Source: Chlorokybus atmophyticus
Lineage: Eukaryota; Plantae; Mesostigma and Chlorokybus algae
Direction: 5' to 3'
NCBI GenBank assembly: GCA_009103225.1
Contig: RHPI01003009.1
Location: 1-35,090, forward strand
Length of the DNA: 35,090 nt
Below the pieces are notes generated by a model that was given only the letters and a program-made list of their open reading frames with translations, did not search any database and had not been told where the DNA came from. Below, one piece after another: positions 10,970 to 22,662 of the stretch. Position 1 is the first letter of the stretch, and every line of letters begins with the position of its first letter. The translations under genes were made by a program, and so were the position numbers.

Positions 10970-13335
10970 ATGGAGTCCGCCACAGGCCACGTGTGCGCCA
11001 CCTGCGGAGTACTGTTTCCGCACCAGCAAGCCCCAAAGGTGACACCAAGGTGTTAACATTGAGTAGTACTGTGCGTCTTCACTTTGTAATACGGCAAGCA
11101 GTCATTCCCACAGTGGCGATGGGAGCAAAAGAACCATGCACGCACGCATATATGCATGGTCGCAGTTGCATTTGCAAGCTTGGCCAGTAGGAAGCCCAAC
11201 ACGCACACACGCACACGCGCGCATACACACTTACATACGCACACGCATAAGTGCATTCATGCTCGCATACGCGCACACAGATCTCACCAACAAAACCCGC
11301 TGAAAGCTTTCAGCCATCTTCTTCATGAAGGCCTGCCATCAACCACACAACAAATATCAAACCCTCTCTTACCTCCATCTTCCCCATCTCACCCCAGGTC
11401 TGTCCCATCTGCTCCGACGACCGCCAGTACGTACCCCCCTCCGGTCAGCGCTGGCTCTCCCCTCCCTCGTCCCTCCTCCCCTCCCACGCCAACTGCTTCC
11501 GCAAGGAGGGACCGGGGATCTACTCGATACGGACGGAACCGAAAGTGGGGATAGGACAGAGGGCGCTGCTCATACAGACGCATGAGGTGGGTGTGGAGTT
11601 TTTGGGGGGGGGGAAGGGAGGTCCTCACCCCTTACAAGGGTGGAAGTAGTAGTGTTGTGTGTTGAAGTTGTAGTGTGTGTGCGTGTGTGCGTATGCTCGC
11701 GTGTTTGGGCGTGTGCACATTGCGTGTGTGCCAGCATGCATGTGCTCAATTGACACACGCACGCACACACACGAGCGTGCACATACGTATGCATGCACGC
11801 TTGCATGTGAGCGTGCATGTATGCACCTGTGTGTAGGGTGTGCGTGTCTGCTTACTGTCTTTCCAAAGTGGCGCACACACACACATGCGCATGCACGCGC
11901 TTGCACACGCACTAAGAACGACTGACGCATGTGTGCTTGCGCGTGTCTGTCTTAAGGGCAATGTGTTGTGGGACTGCATCACACTGATTGACGAGGCCAC
12001 GGTGGAAATCATCAAGGGCCTTGGGGGCATCAAGTGCATCGCCGTCAGCCACCCGCACTACTACAGGTGAAGTGTGGTCCCCCTTTCAATTAGCTGGACA
12101 CCTGAGTGTTGCTGATGATGCAACTGAACGCACCATCACATGTATACGCACGTCTCATCTTACGCACAGTACATTGTTATAGTACATTTTGACACTGCAC
12201 TAACAACACGTCATATACAACCTGCATGCTGCGTGATACAACCTTACACAAGGCACACTGTAGTGTTACTGCCAATTAGAAAAGAGTAAAGAGGACAGAG
12301 GTGAGAGAAAGAGGAGAGAGGAGAGGGAGAGAGGAGAGGGAGTTGTGTTGACCATGCTTATGGTATTGTTGGTAAAGTTGTTGCTGTTGTCATTGTTACT
12401 GTTACTGTTGTCGTCGCCATTGTTGTTGCAACCGTTGAGCACCAGGCACACACACATACACTCGCTCATCCTTTCTTCGTCCCTCCCTCAGTTCGATGGT
12501 TGAGTGGAGCCGTGCCTTTGGCGACGTCCCAATCTACATCCACGCATTGGACCGTCCCTGGCTGGATGCCGTGTACAGCGGGGCATCGGACAGCGATGAA
12601 GACTCCCACAACCACCTGGCGCGCTTCGCTGTGTGGGAGGGCGAATCCATTGCTGCGCTCAATGACGTCACTCTCGTGCGACTTGGGGGACACTTTGCTG
12701 GCGCTCAGGCACGCACGTTGGGACTGTGTGTTGTTGGTGGGACTCTCCTACTGTGGCATGGCTTGCTACTGTGTTGCATTGTGCTGTGATGTGCTACTGC
12801 GCTACGATTTGGTGCAGATCATTGCTATTGTTACAGCATAGGAGTGCATGTTGTGCACTTGTATGTCGTGGACACAGTCCAGTAGTGTTGATGTATGTAT
12901 CATGTTGGTTGTTGGTGTGCTACACTGAACTTTAGCGTGGTAAAGGGTGACACTTTGAATACAGGTGCTTCACTGGTCCGGGGGTGCGGGGGGCAAGGGC
13001 GTCCTGTGCACGGGTGACATCCTTCAGGTAAGCGGCGTGTCACATGCATTTACAACAGCCGCACACGCGCATGCGCACGCAAACACACAACTCAACCCCT
13101 TCCCCTACAGGTGTGTCCTGACAAGCACGTGTCCGTAATGCGTTCCTACCCCAACCTCGTCCCCCTGTCCGGCCCCGTGGTGCGCCGCGTCCGGGACCGC
13201 CTGGGCCCTTGGGACTTTGACGTCCTGCACGGGGCGTTCCACGGAGGGGATATTCGTGAAGGCGCGCGGGGGAGGGTGGAGAGAAGTTTTGAGAGGTACT
13301 TGAAGTGGGTTGAGAACGACCATGAAGATGCGTGA
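10970..13335 (+). CDS. Metallo-beta-lactamase-fold hydrolase with N-terminal CxxC..CxxC finger, 290 aa; exons 10970-11038, 11398-11586, 11957-12066, 12492-12708, 12965-13027, 13111-13335
   Basis: CATCG..|VCPICSDDRQYV..GQRW, GIGQRALLIQT..|GNVLWDCITLID, IAVSHPHYY|SSMVEWSRAF, LGGHFAGAQ|VLHW..GVLCTGDILQ|V..VSVMRSYPNLVPL. All junctions are in phase; intron 4 needs a GC donor. Confidence 0.9.
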
Positions 13336-14196
13336 GAAGGGCTGGTTGGTTGATGGCAATTCTGGTGTGGGGTTGGTATGTTGTGAATGGGGTGGTCCTT
13401 GGTGTGTGTGTGTGTGTGTGTGTGTGTGCGCCCAGCCCACGACTGTCGCTGCTGGCGCACACGCGCACACGCATGCACGCACTTAATCTTGTGTGCGCTG
13501 CATCGGAGGGGACATGCAAGTTGATGGTGTATTGGTGGCGGTTGGGATTGGGGTTGTGGTGGTGACATGTATAGACTTTAGGCTGTTTTTGTGGTTGTCT
13601 CTGGCTCAGTATGAGAGCGAGGGCTGCGCTTCATGTGATCAGCGCAGCTGGCGAACATGCAGCGCTCAAAGCTTTCAGCGAGATCCGTTGTCAAGAGCCG
13701 ATTAGAATAGTTGGTGAACCTCGGCCTTTCGGCGCACATCGCATAACAGTCCACAAATCATGAAGAATTTTGCCCTTCTCTGGTCATCGTATGTCTTGAT
13801 GTTCAAGCAAGGCCCGGCGAGTTATTGGAATGAGGCAAAAAGGGGGAGGGAGAGGAGGGAAATGATGAATTGATCCATATTTTATGGCGCATGTTGACAT
13901 TTGTCAGCTTCACATAATAGGCGGCTATTGCAGCCCCGCCCTTGGTGCCAACTAGGTACAAGCTTGTATCCAGTCACGTCATTTGCTCGGTAAACTTCAG
14001 TGTCGACACGAAATCTTTATGTTATTGGCCATAAGTGGGTCACAATATCGTAACAAACCGTCAACATTGAATGACATGCGGTCACAATTGAGGGAACATG
14101 ATTCTGAAAAATGTAAACATAGCTAATGATATGTGTAATGATATCACTGTTGGCTTGCTCGTCGGGCTTGGCAAACTTATACACATGTGTGCGTGC

Positions 14197-14200
<4 letters not shown>

Positions 14201-14250
<50 letters not shown>
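14201..14250 (+). repeat. (GT)25 microsatellite
   Basis: Read directly from the sequence. Confidence 0.95.
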
Positions 14251-14252
<2 letters not shown>

Positions 14253-16110
14253 AATACTTGTGGACCGGCGCGCACCTGATCGAGGAGGGTCATGGCGTGT
14301 TCAAAGCCTTTGCATGTGTTTGTAATGTCAGTGTTGTGAATCGTCCGAGTCTGCGTCAACGAACCTGCTATAATCTCGACCTCTACATACATACTACCGC
14401 GTGCGCGCGGAAGCGCCTTGGTCACGAGATTGTTTAGGCACATGCAGGAGAGGATAGCCATGCCTGACACACATGCTTGTGATCTTCTTACTGACAGTTC
14501 TGCAACAAACCAATGATGCATTGAAATAAAATTGTGCTCTTGAGGGGCATAAGCACGCATGCTGCAACTTGGGGTCTTAAATGTGACGGCAACAAGTGTG
14601 TACAAGCGCAATAGTAGGTAATTGAAGATATCAAAGATTTTATAATGGAGTACTTAGGAAGAGCCACCTGGGGCTGACTTCATTCCTTTTACATCCATCT
14701 TGCGCGTAAAAGATATGACCATGAGTGAGTACAAAGCACAAAACATTGCAATTCCAAGTGACTAGGCAATTTCACTTAATCATCTACACCATGTCACTAA
14801 CACCGGGTGCAACTTAGAGATGCAGATGTACCGCCGCATAAAGCAGCTTGTAATTGGCTTGCGGGGTATTGGTGATTTTTGGGTAACTTTCTTTATGTCA
14901 TTGAGCTTAAAGCTGTGCGCAGCACCATAGGGAACCAGTATCAGTGACATGATGTCGATGTACAGCTGTATAAAATAACTTGCAATAGGCTTGCTCGAGC
15001 ATTGGTGATGTTTTGATAGCTTCTTGTTCTCGATGTTATTAAATATAAAGCTTTCCATGGCGCTAGCTTTTGCTCCAAACCATTGCGCAGTGCCGCTATC
15101 ATATTTAATTCACTCTTTTCATGTCATCGTAATGCCCCACGCTTTAAATTCATTCTCATTTTGTGTGGAGAGATAAGAATTCTACTTGCCTTTTCCATTC
15201 ATCCGAAAGCTTCCCATCGTACAAGATGCGGCGCGATGCATTCCTCAAGGCGCGTATGATCAGACGTTGCCAGCATGCAAAGTCATCAATGTAAACTTGC
15301 GCCCCGCGCAGCTGATTGCTAGCCACGCGTACTAATTGCGAGCATTGCGCGCTTGCCGCTTGATCTGCTCATGGCTTTCTGAAGCTCGAACAGTCTCGCA
15401 AACAATTCTCTATGGCGCTTACTTGCCACCTTGCTTCAAGCTTCAAGTTGAATAATTGCGGCGATTGGCATAACATCCGCCGTTATGGCAGATGTTATGG
15501 TAATCGCCAAACCTAAGCCAACGTCAACCAATTGCTGAACGCAGTGAATTTTCATTTATGGATATTTTGAAAAAGAGTCTAGCAGTATTGTTGCACAAAT
15601 TAGCATTGCTTGTGCGCAAGTTTTCAAGGTCATTAACCTCATTGTGCGCCCCGCGCAGCTAATCGTTGGCCCTGCGCAATTGATTGCGAGCATTGAGCGC
15701 TTGCCGCTCGTGCCCAAGCCGATCATTGCGGGCTTGCCGTTCGAGCTGCCTCGGCTTCCCCAACCTCAAACAGTCTCTCGCAAGCAGTTCTTCATAGCGC
15801 TTGCTTGCCATATCGCTCCAAGCTTCAAGTTTTATATGTGCTGTAATTGCCATAACATCCGCCTTTATGGCAATCGCCAACTCTGAACCAGCAACAACTA
15901 ATTGTTCAACCGCCATTTCTTGGTATTTGTTGAAAAGGCAAGCAGCATTGTTGTGCAACTAAGCATTGCTTGAGTGCAAGCTTGCTTTCTTGCTTCGCAA
16001 AACTTTCTTTCTCATTCTCTAATTTGCTTATTACATATATATTCTCAATCCTGAAGGCTATCAAACTCAGCAAGGGCCAGATGAAGTGTCTGCAAACAGC
16101 TCCGAGAGAC
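14250..16110 (-). pseudogene. Decayed intronless AT-rich coding sequence of unknown family, with two tandem helical modules at the N-terminus
   Basis: ORFs 15659..15958, 14780..15058 and 14177..14611 plus the stretch 15310-15060 share one minus frame, broken by isolated stops. Module 2 is frameshifted. Confidence 0.5.
15298..15910. repeat. Diverged two-copy direct repeat, period about 345 bp
   Basis: gcgccccgcgcagct..attgcgagcattg.gcgcttgccgct..caagcttcaagtt..cataacatccgcc occurs at about 15298-15540 and 15646-15910. Confidence 0.85.
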
Positions 16111-16867
16111 AACTCACCCTGCCCTATAGTTTGTAACCGCTACACACCAATTGGTAACTGCGCACGTACGTAGTTACCCAACCTATAGCCGAAAGGCATT
16201 TTGTCCGTCTTTAAATATTAGGCGCTGAATGAAATTGCCATTCATGCCTATATACGTATCTAAACAAAGGGTTAAGATTATTGGTGCATGCACGGTTGAG
16301 TCAGAAGTGCAGTTGCATGCACCTACATGCATTCACACAATTTACCCTCACGCGGGCTCGAGCTTAATACGATCATTATTGCTTGTGTTCCAGTGCTCGA
16401 GGAAGCTAACTTGAAATGCTAATCACATTGTTGTGGGACAGTTCGGCGTAAGCGACCTTGAGACATATCTGTGTCCATGCGTGTCTTAGTGTGCATGCGC
16501 GCGTGGCCAACTAGCTTGAAGGCTATAGAGGTTATCAGGGATAGGAATAAGGCACGGTCAATGTTTGCAGTAAATGTGGAATAAGAGTGCTCCCATTGCG
16601 ACAACGTTTGCAACCATGCACACAGGCAGTGTGCGTGAGTAGATGCGTGCGTGTGCATGTACTTGCCATAGTGCACGGAACAATGCATCTGACCGTGTGC
16701 GACGACAAGGGGTAGAGGACATATGATGCACGCATTAACCTGTGTAGTCGTCTCTGCTTGTGCACGTGTGAGCGCAGGTGATGCACTGGTCCACGGACGC
16801 GGGCGGCAAGCGCTTCTTGTGCACCAGTGACATGCACTAGGCAAGCCATATGTCGCTTGTGATCGCA

Positions 16868-16901
<34 letters not shown>

Positions 16902-16949
16902 GCATGCCCGCATGCTTTGACATGCACACACGTTTAAGGCATGCACTCG

Positions 16950-18403
16950 TTATGCACTGTGAGTCCTCTTCTTGGCTAAGGCGGATGAGGATGTGTGGTC
17001 GGGTGGCCTCCACGGGTACGCAGAGTGCATCCATACTGAGATTGCCACGAGCGGCATCGCCAGCCACACCTCAACCGGCCCTGATGATCCTGCAGCAGCA
17101 GCCCCTCCTAAACCCAACAGTCCCTGCAGCAGCGCCGTTATCACCAGACTCACGATCACCGCAAAACCCTGCATGCAGGATGTGTGTTGATGACTAGTTG
17201 GGCCTGGTGAGTGGAGGCCACTAGCGCATGAGTACGCATGTGTGTGTACGCATATGCATGCACGCGAAGGTATGCCCGCGCAAGCACGGGCTGGCGCACG
17301 CACAGGGGCACAAGTGCATGAATATGCGTACACAGGCACGCACACATGTATTCGAGTTGACATGCTGAGGGACCCTCGCACACGTGCGCACGCGCGCCCA
17401 CCCACTCATTCACCTACCCACGCACTCACCTTACCAACGCTGCCGACATGCTTGGTGACTTGGCCGACAAAGATGCCGCCCAGAGCGTTATTGACAACCG
17501 GCAACTGTGAAATGATGCAAACCGATCACCAACACGAACATGCTGCGCAAGTCACCAACGTGACACACGGACACTTACTGCTGTTTGGGGCGTCCATGCC
17601 GCGAAGAAGCCCTGCTTGCGCATGAGGTGGCCATCGCGCGACAGCAGCAGACTGGAACCCAACATGATGGAGCTGTACACCGACATCTCCAGCGTGAACA
17701 GGTACGAGTTGCACCCGCCACCTTGCTGAGTGAGCAACAAGTACACAAAGTGATAAGGGTGTCATCAACACACGTATGCACACAATGTGCGCACACACCC
17801 GCGCGCGTACACTCACCCACTCACACACGATTACAGACACACACATATGCACATGCATGTGCGCACGCGCACGCACACAGGTGCCCACGCGCGTGCGTTT
17901 CATGGTCAACACCCGTGCTTGCCTGTAAGGTATGTTGGCAGATGGCGGATGCGAGGCCTGACGTGGCGGACGCGACGAGCACCGGGACTACCCCAAGCCA
18001 GAAGGTGGAGGAAGAAGTGGTGGTCGACGAGGAGGAGGAGGAGGAGGGGGAGGAGGAGGGGGGGGAGGAGGAGAGGAGTGCTGCGGCTACCATCAGCAGC
18101 GCCAGTGCCACCAACTGCTGGCGGGACTGCTTCTTCCTGCGTTGAGGGTTGGCTTGAGTACTGAGTGAACCGTGATACACGCACACATGTGCATGCACAC
18201 ACGCATACTCGCGCTCACACACACACACATGCACGTGGGCATCCCTCCCCCCCGCACATGTGCGCGCACACATTCCCACATGCGCGCATACACGCACGTG
18301 CGCATATACACGCACACGCAAACACATGTGCATCCCCACGCCCATGCCCAGAAGCACGTGTGCACACACCCCAACCGCCAACCACCCAGCCCCTACTCCC
18401 TTC

Positions 18404-18497
<94 letters not shown>

Positions 18498-19546
18498 TTC
18501 CTTCTCACCCCAGCATCATCCACACGAACATGGCCGTCGCCATTATCTTGGTCTGGTTGAGCAGGTTGTACGTGACGCCGGGGAGGTGCTGGTACGCCAG
18601 GGCCGACAGCCAGTTCTGGACTGCATAAATGGACGCGGGGACGGCGGCACGACGGGCACTGGAGGGGAGGTCTAGCGTTGGGGTTGATGTGAAACCACCC
18701 CCTCCTTCGCCTCCTCCACCAAACATCAATACTACTGATGCTATCGCCGCCTGTCTCAAACGTTGTTAAAAGAAGACTCTGCATGCGCGCGTGCGTGCGT
18801 GGGTGCGTGCGTGCGTGTTGGGTTTGACTAGGTGTTGTTACGGCTACCTGGTAAGGAGAGATGGTACTAGTATGACTGTTAGTGTTGAGGTGGCTAGATT
18901 TGTGTGTGCTACTGATACTGGCAGCGGTAGCGTAGCTTAGTGCTTACTACCACTCATGGTGAGAGTGACAATGCCAGTAGTGGGCTGGTGCCAAGCGGCA
19001 TGCATCGCACGCAGATGTTGCTCAACAAGTTTGATGTGTACTGTACTTGTGAAAGGCATGACTGACTGGCGTAATTGCATGCATGTGGGCATGCGTGGGT
19101 AGATGCATGTGGGTTTGCACACGTGGGTCGAGGCAACCTCACCTTGCAGAGCTCCGTCGCCAGCACCGTCGACGTCTTGTTCACAGCCGGGCTGCACAAC
19201 AACAACAAACAACCATGTCACCATGTTCACCATCAACATTACAATCAAGGAGTGTGCATGAAAAACAACAAGAGCAACAACAGGAAGAGCAACAGCAGCA
19301 ACAACAACAAGCATGCCTGATATACGCTTTGACGAGGAGGGGGTGGATGCCAAATTGGATGGCGAGGAGGGCCATGAACACCAGGCCGCTAACCCTGTCG
19401 CCGCCAGCACCATCGCCGCCGCTGCCCTTGCCGTTGATGCTGCGCAGCTGATGCTGTTCCCGAGGCTTGCTGTCAGACTCCTCCTTGTTGATGTCATCGG
19501 CAGCGGCGGCGGCGGCGGCCACAGGAGCAGCGTTCTGCCGCCGCAT
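16950..19546 (-). CDS. ROCK1: SLC35A-type nucleotide-sugar transporter, ROCK1-like (UDP-GlcNAc/GalNAc), 391 aa; exons 19546-19317, 19191-19143, 18750-18509, 18136-17923, 17725-17579, 17504-17430, 17168-16950
   Basis: LLAIQFGIHPLLVK, TSTVLATELCK, VPASIYAVQN, NLLNQTKI, VPVLVASATSGLASAICQ, YLFTLEMS, QGFFAAW, NALGGIFVGQVT, GFAVIVSLVITALLQ. Collinear with Arabidopsis ROCK1 as I recall it. Phases 2/0/2/0/0/0 match; two GC donors are needed. Confidence 0.9.
18405..18497. repeat. 93-nt poly-C (poly-G on the transporter sense strand) at the 5' end of intron 3
   Basis: Read directly; it begins about 11 nt after the GTGAGA donor. Confidence 0.9.
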
Positions 19547-22003
19547 GGCTGCAGCTACCGCCGCAGCCCAGGCCAACTACACCCTCAGCAACACCGCCGC
19601 CTCCTGCTGCTGGCGCCCGCAGCCATCTCTAACACCACCTCCTCAGCGCCAGCTTCCTGTCGCCCACGTAGATCTCCGCCGCCGTGTCCTCGTCCTCGGC
19701 CGCCGCTGCATCAGTGTCCGCCTTCGCCTGCCAGCCTCGTCCGTGAAGCAGCCACGTGGCGAGCTCACAGCAACGCAGGCGTCCACCTCTGCGGCGGAGG
19801 CGGCGGCAGTGAACAACAAGAGGGAAAACGTTGTGGTGGTGGAGGGAGGCAACGTGGAGGGCGGAGAGGAGAGCGCCATGGCGGGGGCGGCGGCGGCGGC
19901 GCTGGTGGACCGAGTGCGCGGCGCTCTGTGGGGCATGTTCATCGCGGACGCCCTCGCCATGCCCGTGCACTGGTCCGTGACCGTGCGTGTGTGGTCTTCA
20001 TAGAATGGCGTGCTTGTGTTTTGCCAGCTGGCACAATTCCTCTTGCGTGCGTGTGCATCCACCTTGCAAGTGCATGCATCGTCCTCACCGACTGAGTGAT
20101 TGACTGATTCGATGGTGGGCTGGTTGATTCGTCGATTGACTGACAGACCAGTGTGACACAGTGTTGAGGGCTGTCAATGTGGGGATGTGTTTCGTACCAT
20201 ATACTACTTCATGAGGATGTTGTTGCGTGACAGGTATTACAATGTGGATGCGCTGAGGCGAGACTACGGCACCGTCAACAAGTACATGGCGCCCAAAGAG
20301 TTCCACCCAGGCAAGCCAGCTGTACTTCTAACACACTTCCGTCCTCCCCCTCTTCTCATGTGCACGCCAAATTGCCACTCAAACACACAACTAGCCGTCC
20401 ATCACCACGCATGTATGTGCCAACGTTCACGTCTCACACATTGCGCACCCACCCAAACCCACCCACCCACCCACCCACGCAACTTACGTTCACCTCACCT
20501 CAGACAGCATCATGTCTTTATCCTCCACTTCCCGCGCCGGCCGCGGTTCCCAACCCTCCAACCCCCTCATCGGTTCCATCATCAACCACGGCAAGGCTTC
20601 TTTATGGGGCAAGCGCAACGTCCACTACCACCACGGCATGCGCGCGGGGGACAACACGCTCAACGCCCTGTGCGCGCGCGTCGTGATGCGGGGGATTAGT
20701 GGGAATGGAGGAGTTTATGATGAAGAGGTGTTCTTGAAGGACTATGTGGAGTTTATGACGACGAAGGGGACGCATGGGGATACGTATGCCGAAGGGTTTC
20801 ATAGAGATTTCTTTGCCAACTGGGCTAAGGTAGGGAGGGAGGGAGGGTCTGTGCCTTGGTGCCGGCTGCTGACAAGTGCATGTGTGTGCGTGCGCGTGCG
20901 TGCGCGTGCGTGCGTGGGTGTCAGCAAACGTCTACACTTAGGTTGGAGCAGCCAACCACACAACTGTCAGTGGTGCCAACACCTTGTTGCATAAATATTC
21001 CTGACAGGGTGTAGAGCCGAGGAAATGCGCTGGCAAAGAGGGCCACGACACCGCCAGCGCCGGCGGTTTAGTCACGTTGCCTCCCGTTATCTTCAGCTCC
21101 CTCCTTCCCCCCTCCACCACCACCAACAACAAACCCCACATGCTCAAGACCACCCTCTCCCACCTCAAACTCACCCACGACTCTCCCTCTCTTTCCCAAA
21201 GCGCCGGCGTGTATGCGGAGTTGCTGGCTGACGTGGCCGTGGGCGGGGCCGACGTGCGTGAGGCCGTGTTGATTGCCGGGAAGAAACTTGGGGTGGATAT
21301 AAAGAAGTTGGCGGATAGGAGGTTGGATGATACGCAAGTGGTGGGAGGAGTGTTCACGTCCGCGTGCTATATCAGCGGGTCGCTACCGAGCGTGCTGTAC
21401 CTGGCGTACAAGTACGCGGACAATTTCGAGGTGAGTGTAAGATGTTTTTTGTCTGTTTGTGTTTGTTGGTGCTCGCACCCTCTCACCCTCACTTGTCTCG
21501 CCCACCTCTATGCGCTTGTGCGCGCGCAGTTGTGCGTGTTGGAGCATTGTCTTGCGTGTGCGTGATGCTTGCGTGCGCGAGTTTTGCTCGCGCGCACGCT
21601 CACCGGCACACACCTATCCACACATACACACGCCATGGATGCTTGTACACCCACAGTGGCTCACACAACATCCACCCGCATGCGTACTCACTCACCCTTC
21701 AGTGCCCTCCACACGCGCACGCGCACCCACCCACACCCACTCACACACCCACATCCTCTCCCCCCACACACCCAGGCCGCCCTCGTTGCCAACGCCGGTT
21801 GCGGCGGCGACTCCTGCCACCGCGGCTCCGCCCTTGGGGCGCTCCTGGGCGGCGCGACGGGGGAGAGCGGCATCCGACGACGCGCGGCGTGGATGATCGA
21901 GGGGTTGCGGGAGCGGGAGGAGATTGAGAGGGAGATTGGGGAGTTTGTTGAGGGGGTGGGGAGTAAGAGGAGAGAGGGAGACGGAGACAAGAGTGAGTTG
22001 TAG
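19545..22003 (+). CDS. ADP-ribosylglycohydrolase (ARH/DraG-fold) family protein, up to 493 aa; exons 19545-19972, 20234-20310, 20504-20829, 21008-21430, 21776-22003
   Basis: DRVRGALWGMFIADALAMPVHW|YY, HP|DSIMSLS, HYHHGMRAGDNTLN, HGDTYAEGFHRDFFANW, EGHDTASAGGLV, NAGCGGDSCHRGSALGALLG. Phases 2/1/0/0 match. The start is uncertain (Met 19491, 19545 or 19878). Confidence 0.88.
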
Positions 22004-22500
22004 AGGGTGGGGATTGGGGTTTACGGGTAGGTACTTGGCGTAAGACATTGGGGTCATTTCTTGTTGGTATGGTTGGTGGGAGGTTTCACCAACAGTTGTA
22101 TCAACCGTTGCCAGGTGGGTAGGTTTCTTAATAAGCTGGAGTTGATAGTGTTGCAGGTTTGTCAGTGTGTTGTGAGCAGAGTGATGCACACCAAGTGACT
22201 TAGAGAGAGCTGTTCCAGGTGTCTGCTGCTTTGCAGGTGGATGCCTGCGCCTTCTTCTTGAGTGCAGGCTCGCAGTGGTTGCTACAGTAGTATAAGTAGG
22301 CGAATGCATGTGGCGCTCGGTGGGCTGCCAGGTCTTGGAGCTAGTGTGAGTGGTTGGGGTTGGTGGGAGTATTGAAGTGGTGGCACAATCGGCTGCACAT
22401 GTGGATGCAAAGGGTGTTTTCAGAAAAGCTTAGAACGCAAGGGGATGCAGCATACGCATTTGTTGCTTACTGACTGAGGGGTTTTGAAGGTGGTGTGATA

Positions 22501-22662
22501 TGGATACAACGAGACAGCCAGACACACTTTACTGTACTTTATATTGCATTGCGCAATGCTAGAAACACACACACAGTCATGTTGGATACAATGATACAGC
22601 CAGACACACTTTACTGTACTTTGTATTGCAATGCGCAATGCTGGAGAAACACAGTGTCATGT
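22501..22662 (+). repeat. Two-copy tandem repeat, period 82 bp, between the convergent ARH and PLATZ genes
   Basis: tggatacaa.ga.acagccagacacactttactgtacttt at 22501 and 22583. Confidence 0.9.

Noticed and set aside
15282-15293. YIDD peptide resembling the reverse transcriptase YxDD motif
   Set aside because: No flanking RT motifs, and it aligns with EVND in the other copy of the local tandem module, so it is likely coincidental.
18172-18784. Poly-Pro and poly-Gly ORFs
   Set aside because: They are translations of the intronic 93-nt C/G homopolymer.
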